A stretch of DNA of 64,000 bases from an uncultured delta proteobacterium (GTDB lineage Bacteria; Desulfobacterota; Binatia; UBA9968): positions 192,001 to 256,000 of the forward strand of contig CAWDPO010000046.1 of the NCBI GenBank assembly GCA_963804165.1, given 5' to 3'. Both the position numbers and the translations under genes were made by a program. This document shows, piece by piece, positions 39,918-50,451 of this stretch. The notes beneath the pieces were generated by a model. The model ran no database searches and was not told the DNA's origin. It saw nothing but the letters and a program-made list of their open reading frames with translations. How positions within the stretch are numbered: position 1 is the stretch's first letter; every line of letters starts with the position of its first letter.

Positions 39918-41687
39918 GTGTCCAGAGTGGAGAAGAAACAACCGCAATACGGTTCCGACGTCGTCGTCGATTTGATGAAGGCGTTCGATATCGAGTACGC
40001 CGCATTCAACCCGGGCGCAACCTTTCGTGGCATTCACGACTCTATAGTCAACTACGGCGGCAACTATAAACCTGAAGTGATCTTCTGCCATCATGAAGAA
40101 ATTTCGGTGGCCGTCGCGCACGGCTATGCCAAGGCCAAGAACAAGCCGATGATCGCCATCGTGCACAACATGGTCGGTTTGCAGCACGCCAGCATGGCAA
40201 TCTTTAACGCCTACATCGACCGCGTGCCAATGATGGTCCTCGGCGGCACCGGACCGATGAATTCAAAACGGCGCCGCCCGCGCATCGACTGGATCCACAC
40301 GGCGCTTGTCCAAGGCAATCAGGTGCGTGATTACACCAAGTGGGACGACCAGCCGTATTCGTTGGCGGATGTGCCGGATTCCTTTATCCGCGGCTATCGG
40401 ATTGCGACGACGGATCCGACGGCGCCGGTTTACATCAACTACGATGCCGACATCCAAGAAGATGCGCTCACGAGCGCGTTCGATGTTCCCGATGTCAGCC
40501 GCTACGCCGCTCCGGCTTCCATGCAGGCAAACCCGGACGCGCTACGGAAAGCGGCGGAGTTGCTGGTCAACGCCCAGGCGCCGATCATCATCGCCGATTC
40601 GCTCGGGCGCAATCCCAAATCCGTGCCTGCACTGATCCAGTTGGCGGAATTGCTGGCCGTGCCCGTGGTCGACAAGGGCGGGCGCTTTAATTTTCCGTCC
40701 GTTCATCCATTGGATGCAACGGATGGTGCGCGCGAACTCCTGCAGAAAACCGACTTCATTTTAGCTTTAGATGTGGCGGATCTTTTCGGCTCCTTGACCA
40801 CCGTGAGCAAACAGACGCGCAACTGTGAATACATCACCGCGCCCTCGGTAAAAATTGCCACCATTTCGATGAACGACATGCTGGTCCACTCGTGGGCTAA
40901 TGACTATCAGGCGTTACAAGCGGTGGATGTGCCGATGAGCGCGGACACGGCGGTGGCGGTGCCGGAACTGACCCGGCTGTGTCGGGAGTTGGTGGGTAAC
41001 GACAGCAAGAAAAAAGCCGCCATCGAAACACGTCAAAAAGAATTGGCCGAAAAGCACAAAAACCGGCGCGCGAAATGGCGCGCGGACGCTGAAGCCAAAG
41101 GCTCGCAGAAAGAAATTTCCACCGCCTGGTTGGGTCTGGAAGTCGGCGAAGCCGTCAAGCGCGAAGACTGGGTATTGGTCAACGGGACTTCCAATGGCTG
41201 GACGCGCCGGTTATGGGATTATACCAAGCCGAATCAGACTCTCGGCGGCAGCGGCGGCGCCGGCCTCGGCTACGGTCCCGGTGCGTCGATCGGCGCGGCT
41301 TTGGCGCTCAAGGGCGGCGGCAAGCTCCCCGTGGCGATTCAGTCCGACGGCGACATGTTGATGACCTCGAGCGCGCTGTGGACCGCGGCGAAGCACCGCA
41401 TCCCGCTGCTTATGGTGATGCACAACAACCAGTCTTACTACAACTCCGAAGAACACGGCATCGAAGTCGCCAAGTTTCGCAATCGACCGGTGGAAAATGC
41501 CGGCATCGGCACCCATGTCGATGATCCCGCAATCGATTTTGCGACGATGGCAAAATCATTCGGTGTCAGCGGCGAAGGACCCGTGCGCAACCCCGCGGAT
41601 CTCCGACCCGCCATTGAACGGGGCGTAAAATACGTAAAGGAAAAGCAGCTGCCGTACCTCGTCGACGTCATCGCCGAGCCACGCTAA
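39918..41687 (+). CDS. Thiamine-diphosphate-dependent enzyme (ALS/BFD-like)
   Basis: NPGATFRGIHDS, HEE catalytic Glu, SDGD...HNN ThDP motif. Confidence 0.92.
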   Translation: MSRVEKKQPQYGSDVVVDLMKAFDIEYAAFNPGATFRGIHDSIVNYGGNYKPEVIFCHHEEISVAVAHGYAKAKNKPMIAIVHNMVGLQHASMAIFNAYIDRVPMMVLGGTGPMNSKRRRPRIDWIHTALVQGNQVRDYTKWDDQPYSLADVPDSFIRGYRIATTDPTAPVYINYDADIQEDALTSAFDVPDVSRYAAPASMQANPDALRKAAELLVNAQAPIIIADSLGRNPKSVPALIQLAELLAVPVVDKGGRFNFPSVHPLDATDGARELLQKTDFILALDVADLFGSLTTVSKQTRNCEYITAPSVKIATISMNDMLVHSWANDYQALQAVDVPMSADTAVAVPELTRLCRELVGNDSKKKAAIETRQKELAEKHKNRRAKWRADAEAKGSQKEISTAWLGLEVGEAVKREDWVLVNGTSNGWTRRLWDYTKPNQTLGGSGGAGLGYGPGASIGAALALKGGGKLPVAIQSDGDMLMTSSALWTAAKHRIPLLMVMHNNQSYYNSEEHGIEVAKFRNRPVENAGIGTHVDDPAIDFATMAKSFGVSGEGPVRNPADLRPAIERGVKYVKEKQLPYLVDVIAEPR

Positions 41688-41702
41688 GTCACGACGGAAC
41701 AT

Positions 41703-42536
41703 TTGTCTCACGATCCCTACCGCGAATTTCGTCAGGCCGTCGACCGATCGGAAGCTAAAATCGACCTCGGTCGCGCGGCCTTGACGATCGCCTTAAGCGA
41801 CTATCCTCATCTCGACATCACCAGTTATCTTGCGCGTATCGACCGGCTCGCAGGCGACGTGATCAATCGTTGCGGCGATGAAATCGACGTATACCGAAGT
41901 ATCGCGGCGCTCAATTACGTGATGTTTAGTCGCCATGGTTTTCGCGGCAATGGCGAGGCCTATTACGATCCGAAGAACAGTTTCTTGAACGAAGTCCTAG
42001 AGCGCAAAATGGGAATTCCGATTACGCTTTCGGTTCTCTACATCGAGGTCGCGCGACGTGTCGGTCTCGCGCTTCAAGGCGTGAACTTTCCCGGCCATTT
42101 CCTCGTCAAGCATGAAAGCGCCGATGGGGAAATCGTCATCGATCCATTTCATGCGGGTGCCATTAAGACAGCGGAAGATTTGACAGCCACCCTCAGGGAT
42201 TTGTATGGCACCAATGTAGCGCTCAAGCCGGAATTTCTCGAGCCGGCGAGCAAAAAACAAATCCTCAAACGCATGCTCGGCAATCTTAAAGCGATTTACT
42301 TGAGGGGCGGTGATTTCGGTAAAGCGTTATCTGTCAGCGACCGCTTGATCGTCCTCGATGCGGCAGCGAACGAGGAGTTTCGCGATCGTGGCGCGATTTA
42401 TTTGCAGATGGAGTGCTTTGTCCAAGCGCGGGAAGACTTTGAAAACTACCTCAGGCTGGCCCCCAACGCCCCCGACGGCGCCGCGGTGCGCGAACAGCTC
42501 GTCGCATTGACTAAGCGGGCGACGCTAATTCATTAA
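41703..42536 (+). CDS. SirB1/transglutaminase-like protein with TPR
   Basis: YYDPKNSFLNEVLERKMGIPITLS, FPGHFL, RMLGNLK. Confidence 0.92.
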   Translation: MSHDPYREFRQAVDRSEAKIDLGRAALTIALSDYPHLDITSYLARIDRLAGDVINRCGDEIDVYRSIAALNYVMFSRHGFRGNGEAYYDPKNSFLNEVLERKMGIPITLSVLYIEVARRVGLALQGVNFPGHFLVKHESADGEIVIDPFHAGAIKTAEDLTATLRDLYGTNVALKPEFLEPASKKQILKRMLGNLKAIYLRGGDFGKALSVSDRLIVLDAAANEEFRDRGAIYLQMECFVQAREDFENYLRLAPNAPDGAAVREQLVALTKRATLIH

Positions 42537-44764
42537 CCCGGACCGAGTTCGGATCCCGACTGTTTCGAAAACTCGCGAAAACTGTAGGCGAATGACGTCG
42601 TCAACGAAAAGTCTTTGAACATCGCCTTGGTAAACCTCCACGGACGGATTTGCCAAAGCTTCAATTGACGCAGGTTGAGCAAGTTCTGCGTCCATATGCG
42701 TTGCAACTCCTGGCGTGAATAAACTACGCGGTTGTTAATGGCGTCGAACTTGATCAGACTCAGCTGTCCCTTCGAAGGCAGGATTTCGCGCAGCCGCGCA
42801 TAGGCTTCCTGCCATTCTTGAATGCGATCGCCCAAACGGATCCCGGCCTGAATATTATAGATCTCATCCAGCAGGACCCGCGCGGCGCCATTTTCGCGCG
42901 GCCGCAGATCCTGAATATTATCGAGTAATTTCCCCCACTGCTTTAAGAAACGATTGAGATCGTTGCGGTTATACACAACGCGTGACGAGAGATCTTCCAA
43001 GGGCTCGAGCAAAACCCGCGCGCGCTCCGGCAAAGTCTCCTTCGCATTATTGAAGAGGTTTTGGATCTCGCCGATTCGCAAAGCCTGCCAGACATCGGTT
43101 TGAATCTTTTGTATCTGCTCCACCCAGCGCTCTTCAGTCTCGCTTTTCTTCCGTGTCTGCAGCCAAACCTCTTCCATTTCCTTGAGAAATTTTGCCCACG
43201 TGATCAGCAACGCGGTGATTTCCTTGGTGCGTTTCCACAGGTGCGCGGGACTGGAGTCGACGGCAAAGCCAGGGCGGCGGATCTTGCGATCCTTGAGGCG
43301 GAAAAAACCGGCGACCATCGGGTGTTGTTTTTCGATGAGCGCGGCGTTCTTATACCAAAAAAAGATCGACATCAGATTCCAATAATTTTTCGGTCTGTCC
43401 GTCCAGCGCGCCAAGTTCCGGATCATATTGTCTTTGCTGTAAAATGTCTTCCACGCATTCTCGTATGCCTCGGTCCACTCTTCCGCGCTCATGAGCGGGT
43501 GCTTGATGGTCGCGTGAAACGAATCGCGCTTGTTGAAATCGGGATCCATCCAGTCGCCGCGCTTTTTCATCTCGCGATGATCGTGGGAACCGGGAAGGGG
43601 CGTCAACATGAAAAACGAGGCTTGATCCGGACCGACTTCGTTTATCAGGAAACGCATGTCTTCGGTGACCTGTTCTTTGGAGTCCCAAGGCAGACCGATG
43701 ATATACCCCGTGTGCACCAGCACGCCGGCGTCGTGCCACTCTTTGATGATGCTGCGGTATTCTTCGACCTTGTTTTGCTTCTTGCCTTCGGCCTCGAGAT
43801 TTTGCGGGTTGACGCTCTCCATGCCGATGAATACTTGAGTGCAGCCTGCCTTGGCCGCCAGCGGGACGAAGTCCTTGGGTTTTTTCGCCAAATCGACCTG
43901 CATCATGAAAGAAACATCGAGGCCTTCTTCGCGCAGCTTGATAATTTCTTCAAAGGTCTCGCGCCAGAGTTTTTTACGGGCGAAATTGTCGTCGGTAAAG
44001 AAATAGAAAGACAATCCGTTCTCGATATAGTTCTTACGCATCATGGCGGCGATGCTCTGCGGGCTGCGCTCGCGCATTTTGCGCCCTTGCACATTAATAA
44101 TCGTGCAGAAGGTGCAGGCAAACGGGCAGCCGCGCGAAGTATCGGCGGTGGCAAAGCTCGGATACGCGAAGTGCTTCATCGTTTTCGCGCTGGTTTGCGG
44201 CAGCGGCGCTTCCTCGATGTCGACGAGATTTTGCAGATCCTGGGCGAAACTATAGAGCGGTCTTAATTGTCCGTTGAGAAAGTCGCCAAGAATGCCTTCC
44301 CATTTTCCCTCGACTTCGCCCGACACCATACAGATGCCTTCACGATAGAGTTCCTGAATGTCCGGCTCCTGGTCGCTCAGCATGTTGATCGTGCCGCTGG
44401 TGTGAAATCCGCCCATGATGACCGCGATGCCCTGGGCTTTGAAGATGCGCGCCATGTCCAACGCACGGGGAAATTGGTTGGTTTGCACGCCGACGAGACA
44501 GATGAGCAGCTTCGTGCCCGGAGCCTTGCTCCAACGGATTATTCGCGACATAGGCACTTTTTCCGCGGTCTCATCGAAGGTAGTGACTTCGATGGGCAGA
44601 TCGCCAAAGACGCCGCGAGTCTTGATGTCTTCAGTCAGGCCGTGCAAGACATTGAGAGTATTGCTCGGCAACACGCCTTTCCAAAAACGGATTACGTAGC
44701 CGTCGTCGTCGTACTTCGACGGTTTGATCAGAACGATGTGAAATTTTTTGATTTGCTCCAGCAT
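42533..44764 (-). CDS. Cobalamin-binding radical SAM protein with long C-terminal extension
   Basis: GGFH B12-domain motif, SRGCPFACTFC, TDDNF, IGMES, TPLPG. Confidence 0.93.
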   Translation of the reverse strand: MLEQIKKFHIVLIKPSKYDDDGYVIRFWKGVLPSNTLNVLHGLTEDIKTRGVFGDLPIEVTTFDETAEKVPMSRIIRWSKAPGTKLLICLVGVQTNQFPRALDMARIFKAQGIAVIMGGFHTSGTINMLSDQEPDIQELYREGICMVSGEVEGKWEGILGDFLNGQLRPLYSFAQDLQNLVDIEEAPLPQTSAKTMKHFAYPSFATADTSRGCPFACTFCTIINVQGRKMRERSPQSIAAMMRKNYIENGLSFYFFTDDNFARKKLWRETFEEIIKLREEGLDVSFMMQVDLAKKPKDFVPLAAKAGCTQVFIGMESVNPQNLEAEGKKQNKVEEYRSIIKEWHDAGVLVHTGYIIGLPWDSKEQVTEDMRFLINEVGPDQASFFMLTPLPGSHDHREMKKRGDWMDPDFNKRDSFHATIKHPLMSAEEWTEAYENAWKTFYSKDNMIRNLARWTDRPKNYWNLMSIFFWYKNAALIEKQHPMVAGFFRLKDRKIRRPGFAVDSSPAHLWKRTKEITALLITWAKFLKEMEEVWLQTRKKSETEERWVEQIQKIQTDVWQALRIGEIQNLFNNAKETLPERARVLLEPLEDLSSRVVYNRNDLNRFLKQWGKLLDNIQDLRPRENGAARVLLDEIYNIQAGIRLGDRIQEWQEAYARLREILPSKGQLSLIKFDAINNRVVYSRQELQRIWTQNLLNLRQLKLWQIRPWRFTKAMFKDFSLTTSFAYSFREFSKQSGSELGPG

Positions 44765-44921
44765 CGGTCCCGTCGCCTCCCGAGTGCTTGTATGTTAGCG
44801 CGCCATCTTTTATAGATAGCCGAGGAAAATCGAGATTTCACTAACTCTAACAACCGCCCCTCTGCATGTCAAGGTAACTAATCTTTAAATAGTGATTCTC
44901 ACTGCAGAATTTGCAGTTTCG

Positions 44922-45611
44922 ATGATTCAGCTTTTTCACGTCTCGAAATCCTATCCGCCGAATTACCGGGCGCTCACTGACATTAACCTAGAAATCGCCA
45001 AGGGCGAGTTCGTTTTCGTTTGCGGCGCCAGCGGCGCGGGCAAATCAACCCTACTGAAACTGCTGTTTCGCCAGGAGGAGCCGACGGAAGGGCAGATTTT
45101 GATCGACGGCCGCAATGTGACTCGCTTGGGTAGCCGCAGGGTTGCTCAATTGAGAAGAAAAATCGGCTTGGTATTTCAAGAGTTCAGGCTATTGCCCGGT
45201 TTAACCGTGCTCGACAACGTGGCTCTTGCCGCCCAGGTAATAGGTAAGTCGAAGCGCGAGAGCCGCACTAAAGCGTATCAGCTCTTGCGCGAGCTCGGTC
45301 TGAAGGAACGCTATGAGGCCAAGCCTTTCACGCTTTCCGGTGGCGAACAGCAGCGCGTCGCCATCGCCCGGGCATTGATCAACGAGCCGATGTTAGTCTT
45401 GGCCGATGAGCCGACGGGAAATATCGACGACGAAATGGCGGAAGAAATCATGCGATTGTTCTTGAAGATTCGCGATAGAGGCGCGACGATCGTCGTCGCC
45501 ACCCATGATCGCGCCATGGTGAAGCGCTACGGCACACGAGCGCTCTATTTGCAGCGCGGAGTTCTCACGGATGATCAGTTCGTTGCCACTAAACGGGAGT
45601 ACAGTTGGTGA
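44922..45611 (+). CDS. ftsE: Cell division ATP-binding protein FtsE
   Basis: GASGAGKST, LSGGEQQRV, ADEPTGN; precedes ftsX. Confidence 0.95.
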   Translation: MIQLFHVSKSYPPNYRALTDINLEIAKGEFVFVCGASGAGKSTLLKLLFRQEEPTEGQILIDGRNVTRLGSRRVAQLRRKIGLVFQEFRLLPGLTVLDNVALAAQVIGKSKRESRTKAYQLLRELGLKERYEAKPFTLSGGEQQRVAIARALINEPMLVLADEPTGNIDDEMAEEIMRLFLKIRDRGATIVVATHDRAMVKRYGTRALYLQRGVLTDDQFVATKREYSW

Positions 45612-46531
45612 AACTGTCGCTGATCGGCGTCGTACTGCGGCAAGTTCGCAGTAGCCTGCGCCATTTGTTTTGGACTCATGTGCTGACGTCGGGCACCATG
45701 GCAATGACGCTTTTCGTGTTTGGCGCGTTTATGCTTTTGCAGGTCAATTTGGAACGTCTTCTCAAGATTTGGGGCGACGAAATTCAAATTACGGCCTATT
45801 TGAACAACAAGATTGGCGCGGGCGATGTCCAAGCGCTGCTCGAGCGCATCGAGGCGTTGCCCGAAGTCGCGCGGGTCAGGCACATCAATCAAGAGCAAGC
45901 TTGGCGCGATTTCCAAACCGCATTGGGAACTCAGTCCGGCTTGCTGGCCGGTTTGCCGCGCGACGTATTGCCGGCTTCACTTGAAATCACGCTGAAGCCG
46001 AGCAATCGAGACAGTCCTGTGGTCGAGCAGCTCGCCGAGCGTCTAAAAACCGAGAAGGAGATCGCCAGCGTTGAGTATCCGCAGGAGTGGGTCGAGCGGT
46101 TGGGATTGGCGGTGCTCGCCGTGGAGTGGGGCAAATGGATAGTCGGCGGGATATTATTTATGGCGACGTTTTTCATTGTCGGCAGCACTGTCAAGTTGGC
46201 GATCTTCGCCCGTAAAGACGAAGTCGAGATCATGCAGCTCGTCGGCGCGTCGGAAACATTGATCCAGGCGCCGTTTGTGCTCGAAGGTATGATTCAGGGA
46301 TTGGCCGGCGCAATCATCTCCCTGGCGGCGCTCTGGGCAGCCTATGTACTGTTGCGCGAACAAACGCCGTCGATGGGAGGTTTTTTGCAGCCCCTCGGCC
46401 AGCTGCAATTTTTGGATCTACAGCGCGTGGCTTTGCTGGTTGCGATCGGCTTTCTTCTGGGTGCGGCGGGAAGTCTGTTTTCGCTGCGGAGGTTCGTTAA
46501 GACGTGGTACGCTTCACCCGTAAAATACTGA
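45605..46531 (+). CDS. ftsX: Cell division permease FtsX
   Basis: LPASLEI, EIMQLVGAS..IQAPFVLEG; 4 TM. Confidence 0.95.
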   Translation: MVKLSLIGVVLRQVRSSLRHLFWTHVLTSGTMAMTLFVFGAFMLLQVNLERLLKIWGDEIQITAYLNNKIGAGDVQALLERIEALPEVARVRHINQEQAWRDFQTALGTQSGLLAGLPRDVLPASLEITLKPSNRDSPVVEQLAERLKTEKEIASVEYPQEWVERLGLAVLAVEWGKWIVGGILFMATFFIVGSTVKLAIFARKDEVEIMQLVGASETLIQAPFVLEGMIQGLAGAIISLAALWAAYVLLREQTPSMGGFLQPLGQLQFLDLQRVALLVAIGFLLGAAGSLFSLRRFVKTWYASPVKY

Positions 46532-47676
46532 TTTCTTTCCTTGCGACGTTGCTCATGGCACCGTCGTTTGCGTGTCCAGCCACGCCGAGCCGCGACCTTG
46601 AAGGCATCAGGAAAAAAATTGAAAGCGAAAGGAAGGGGCTTTCCCAACTGCAAATTAAGGAAGGCTCGGTGCTGGAATCTTTAGACAAAATTCAAAGCGA
46701 GCTCGACAAGCGCACTAAAGAGCTCAAACTCGCCAATACTCGATTGTCGAGTGTGGCGAGCGAATTGGCGCTTAAGGAAGCCGAAGCGCAATCGTTGACT
46801 CGATCCATCGCCGCGCGCCAGCCCATTCTCGCCAAACGCGCTGCGGCGCTTTACCGTTGGCAAAAAGGCGGCAGTCCGTTGATGGTTCTCAACGGCGACG
46901 TGTCGTTGAGTCAATTTCTCCAGCGGCGAAAGTATTTAGCGACGGCCGTGGCGTTTGACCAGACGCTTCTGACCAAGCTCCAAGAGGAAAGTGCGCATCA
47001 GGAAATCTTGCGCGACGAGCTGGCGCGTAAGAAAGAAGAGCTCAACGAGCAAAAACAAGTGCTCAACGTCGCCAAGGAAGGCGTCCGGCGAGAGGCGGAG
47101 AAAAAGAAAGTGCTGCTGGCGAGTCTGCGCCGCGAAAAAACCACGCGTCTTCGGGTTTTGAAGGAGATGGAGGCGGCGGCGCAACGGCTCGAGAAAATGA
47201 TGGAAGAGATCTCGAGGCGGGCGATGATTAAACCACGCGAGACGCCCTCGCCTCGTTCGCCGGGCGTTGGACTTGATGCGCTACGTGGCAAGCTCGATTG
47301 GCCTGCGCAAGGGCAAGTAACCGCACCCTTCGGCAAACATCAACATCCTGAATTTGCCGCTGAGATCGTCCGCAAGGGGATCGACATCGATGCGGCCCTC
47401 GGCGAAGTGATTAAAGCTGTGGAAAAAGGCACGGTCGTTTACGCCGATCGTTTTTCCGGCTACGGTAAAATGGTGATCGTTGACCATGGTGAGCGTTACT
47501 ATACAATTTACGGGCATCTTTCAGAAATTCTTAAGAAAACCGGTGATGACGTTAGGCGCGGAGAGGTCCTCGGACGGGCCGGCGACAGCGATTCTCTGGC
47601 GGGGGCAAAGCTTTATTTTGAAATGCGCAAAGACGGCCGTTCTGTGGACCCCGTGCCGTGGTTTAGGAAGCAATAG
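46504..47676 (+). CDS. envC: Murein hydrolase activator EnvC
   Basis: Coiled coil plus degenerate M23 (KGIDI, LYFEMR); follows ftsEX. Confidence 0.92.
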   Translation: MVRFTRKILISFLATLLMAPSFACPATPSRDLEGIRKKIESERKGLSQLQIKEGSVLESLDKIQSELDKRTKELKLANTRLSSVASELALKEAEAQSLTRSIAARQPILAKRAAALYRWQKGGSPLMVLNGDVSLSQFLQRRKYLATAVAFDQTLLTKLQEESAHQEILRDELARKKEELNEQKQVLNVAKEGVRREAEKKKVLLASLRREKTTRLRVLKEMEAAAQRLEKMMEEISRRAMIKPRETPSPRSPGVGLDALRGKLDWPAQGQVTAPFGKHQHPEFAAEIVRKGIDIDAALGEVIKAVEKGTVVYADRFSGYGKMVIVDHGERYYTIYGHLSEILKKTGDDVRRGEVLGRAGDSDSLAGAKLYFEMRKDGRSVDPVPWFRKQ

Positions 47677-47748
47677 CATTTTTATTTATCTTGGGATACA
47701 CTTAGCCCTTAAATCGTGCGTACTTTTTGCGTTTTTAGGAGAGCTGCC

Positions 47749-49119
47749 ATGCGAATAGTTCGTAAACACGGAACACCCTTACTGCTTTTGTTCGTCGGGC
47801 TAGCTTTGGGGTTTTTTCTTTCAGCTCACTGGGTGCCCAACGTTTCTGCCGTCGGGCGGCAGGACTACGAGAGCCTGGAAGCATTTAGCAATATACTTTC
47901 GATCGTCAAAAAGAATTATGTCGAAGACGTCGAAACCAAGAGTTTAGTCAGTGGCGCGATCAATGGCATGTTAAGTTCCCTCGATCCGCACAGCGCGTAT
48001 CTGACGCCGGAACTTTATAAAGAGCTGCAGAGCGACACGCAGGGCCGTTTCGGCGGATTGGGCATCGAAATTACCGTGAAAGGCGGCATCCTGACGGTCG
48101 TCTCGCCGATCGAAGACACTCCCGCGGCCAAAGCCGGCATCAAGCCCGGCGATCAAATTTTTAAAATCGAAGAAGAGTTTACGAAGGACATGTCACTGAT
48201 CGACGCGGTAAAAAAAATGCGCGGACTCAAAGGGACAAAGATCAATCTCACGATCAAACGCGAGGGAGTCGCCGACCTGATGGACTTCACGCTGGTGCGC
48301 GACGTTATCCGTGTGCAAAGCGTGCGCAGCCGCTCCCTGGAGCCCGGTTACGGCTATATTCGTTTGGCGCAGTTCCAGGAGCGCAGCGACCGTGACATGC
48401 AGCGGGTGTTGGAGAAAATGGCGGCGGAAAAAGGCGGCCTGAAAGGACTGGTGCTCGATCTGCGCAACAACCCGGGCGGACTTTTGACTCAGGCGGTGCG
48501 CGTCTCCGACATGTTTTTAGAATCGGGTATGATCGTCTACACGGAAGGCCGGATCGAAGCGCAGAAGCAGAAATATTTTGCGCAGAAGGACGGAACATGG
48601 ACGGACTTTCCTGTGGTGGTATTGGTTAACGGCGGCAGCGCGAGCGCGTCGGAGATCGTAGCGGGCGCTTTGCAGGATCATAAAAGGGCGGTGGTATTGG
48701 GGACGAAGACTTTCGGCAAGGGATCGGTGCAAACCATCCTACCGCTGGACGACAATTCGGCGCTGCGCTTGACCACGGCGCGCTATTTTACGCCGAACGG
48801 CCGATCGATACAGGCGACCGGGATCGTGCCAGATATCAACGTCGACAACGCATCACCTCCGGACGGCAAAGCGGAGGCGCCCAAGCGCCCCGGTTTGCGC
48901 GAGGAGAATTTACCGGGTCATTTGCTGAACCCCCAGCCGTCCGCGCCTAGTTCTCCGACGGAGCCCCCGGAGAGGGACAAAGAGAAGGAAAAGCAAATCC
49001 CGTCTACTGGGCCCACAGGCGACGAGACTATCGATAACGATACGCAGCTAAAACGAGCACTGGATCTGCTAAAAAGCTGGGATGTGTTTAAGCAAATCGT
49101 GCAGAAAAAGGCGGCATAG
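47749..49119 (+). CDS. ctpA: S41 C-terminal processing protease
   Basis: LDPHS, PDZ GLGI, DLRNNPGG, SASASEI, FGKGSVQ. Confidence 0.95.
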   Translation: MRIVRKHGTPLLLLFVGLALGFFLSAHWVPNVSAVGRQDYESLEAFSNILSIVKKNYVEDVETKSLVSGAINGMLSSLDPHSAYLTPELYKELQSDTQGRFGGLGIEITVKGGILTVVSPIEDTPAAKAGIKPGDQIFKIEEEFTKDMSLIDAVKKMRGLKGTKINLTIKREGVADLMDFTLVRDVIRVQSVRSRSLEPGYGYIRLAQFQERSDRDMQRVLEKMAAEKGGLKGLVLDLRNNPGGLLTQAVRVSDMFLESGMIVYTEGRIEAQKQKYFAQKDGTWTDFPVVVLVNGGSASASEIVAGALQDHKRAVVLGTKTFGKGSVQTILPLDDNSALRLTTARYFTPNGRSIQATGIVPDINVDNASPPDGKAEAPKRPGLREENLPGHLLNPQPSAPSSPTEPPERDKEKEKQIPSTGPTGDETIDNDTQLKRALDLLKSWDVFKQIVQKKAA

Positions 49120-49156
49120 CCGTTGCGCAGATTCTTTTTTCATCAACATAGACACT

Positions 49157-49192
49157 AAAAATTAGCCCTCCCCTCGGAGGGCTAATTTTTTT
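49157..49192 (+). terminator. Rho-independent terminator (bidirectional shape)
   Basis: AAAAATTAGCCCTC-loop-GAGGGCTAATTTTTTT. Confidence 0.9.
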
Positions 49193-49211
49193 GTGCTACA
49201 GCTATTCCAGA

Positions 49212-50450
49212 ATGGTCAGAGACGTTAACCCAGAATACGATTTACCTCTGTTCGCTGTTCCCGCCCGCAAGTTTTTGACCGTCAGTGAGCTGAACGAGCT
49301 CATCAAAGGAACTCTGGAGTCTCGGTTAGACACTATCTGGGTGCAGGGCGAAATCTCCAACTTTCGCGTGCCGCCGTCTGGTCACTACTATTTCACGCTC
49401 AAAGATGACAAGAACCAAATTAGCGCCGTTATGTTTCGCCGCCAAGGTGTGGGGCTGCGCTTCCTCCCGGAAAACGGCATGGCGGTCCTTTGTTTCGGTA
49501 AGGTCAGTCTTTATTCCGTGCGCGGCGACCTGCAGCTTTATGTCGACGATATGGAGCCGCAAGGACAAGGCGCGCTTTATCTGGCCTTCGAGCAACTCAA
49601 GAAAAAACTCGCGGCTGAAGGGCTATTTGCCCAAGAGCAAAAAAAGCCGCTGCCATTTTTGCCGGCTACGATTGGCATCGTGAGTTCCGATCGCGGCGCT
49701 GCTCTGCACGACGTGCTGCGGATCATTCGCGACCGTTATGCCGACCGCCGCGTCGTGATTCGCCCGGTGAGAGTGCAAGGCGATGGCGCGGCCAAGGAAA
49801 TCGCCGAAGCCATCGCCGATCTGAACCGCTTCGCCGGCGTCGACGTGATCATCGTCGGCCGCGGCGGCGGCTCGTTGGAGGATTTGTGGGCCTTTAACGA
49901 AGAGATCGTCGCGCGCGCGATCTACGCGTCGCAAATCCCGATCGTTTCAGCGGTCGGCCACGAGGTCGATTTTACGATCGCCGACTTCGTCGCCGATCAT
50001 CGCGCGCCGACGCCCAGCGCCGCCGCTGAATTCATCCTGCCGCGCAAACGAGATTTGTTGGCGCAAGTCGAAATGCTGGAAGACCAGCTCCGGCGAAATA
50101 TGGATCTCAAGCTGGAAACGGCGAGGGATCATTTTCGCTCATTGGTAAAGCGGCTCGCCGATCCGGGGCGCAAGCTCCGCGAGAATCAGCAGCGATTAGA
50201 CGAATTGTCCGTAGATTTGCTGCGTCGGTTTCACCAGTGCTTGCGCCAGAGCAAGGATCGTCTGGCGGAAATTGCCGGACGGTTAAACGCCTTGAGCCCA
50301 CTCGCGGTGCTCGAGCGTGGCTACTCCATCACGCACAAACTGCCTGAAGAGCGGATCGTGAAAACCGCCGCGGCTTTGGACGTCGGCGACGCCATCCGGG
50401 TCACGTTTGCTCGGGGAAAAGCGCTCTGTCGAGTCGAGGGGAAAGAATAA
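49212..50450 (+). CDS. xseA: Exodeoxyribonuclease VII large subunit
   Basis: VQGEISN..SGHYYFTLKD, RGGGSLEDLWAFN, GHEVD, APTPS. Confidence 0.97.
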   Translation: MVRDVNPEYDLPLFAVPARKFLTVSELNELIKGTLESRLDTIWVQGEISNFRVPPSGHYYFTLKDDKNQISAVMFRRQGVGLRFLPENGMAVLCFGKVSLYSVRGDLQLYVDDMEPQGQGALYLAFEQLKKKLAAEGLFAQEQKKPLPFLPATIGIVSSDRGAALHDVLRIIRDRYADRRVVIRPVRVQGDGAAKEIAEAIADLNRFAGVDVIIVGRGGGSLEDLWAFNEEIVARAIYASQIPIVSAVGHEVDFTIADFVADHRAPTPSAAAEFILPRKRDLLAQVEMLEDQLRRNMDLKLETARDHFRSLVKRLADPGRKLRENQQRLDELSVDLLRRFHQCLRQSKDRLAEIAGRLNALSPLAVLERGYSITHKLPEERIVKTAAALDVGDAIRVTFARGKALCRVEGKE

Positions 50451-50451
50451 C

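Noticed and set aside
43061-44266. 401-aa plus-strand ORF and other long antisense ORFs (e.g. 12958-14088, 53546-54457)
   Set aside because: Shadows of well-supported genes on the opposite strand in GC-rich DNA; no motifs.
46504-47676. Inactive M23 domain as a novelty
   Set aside because: Loss of zinc ligands is the established hallmark of EnvC.
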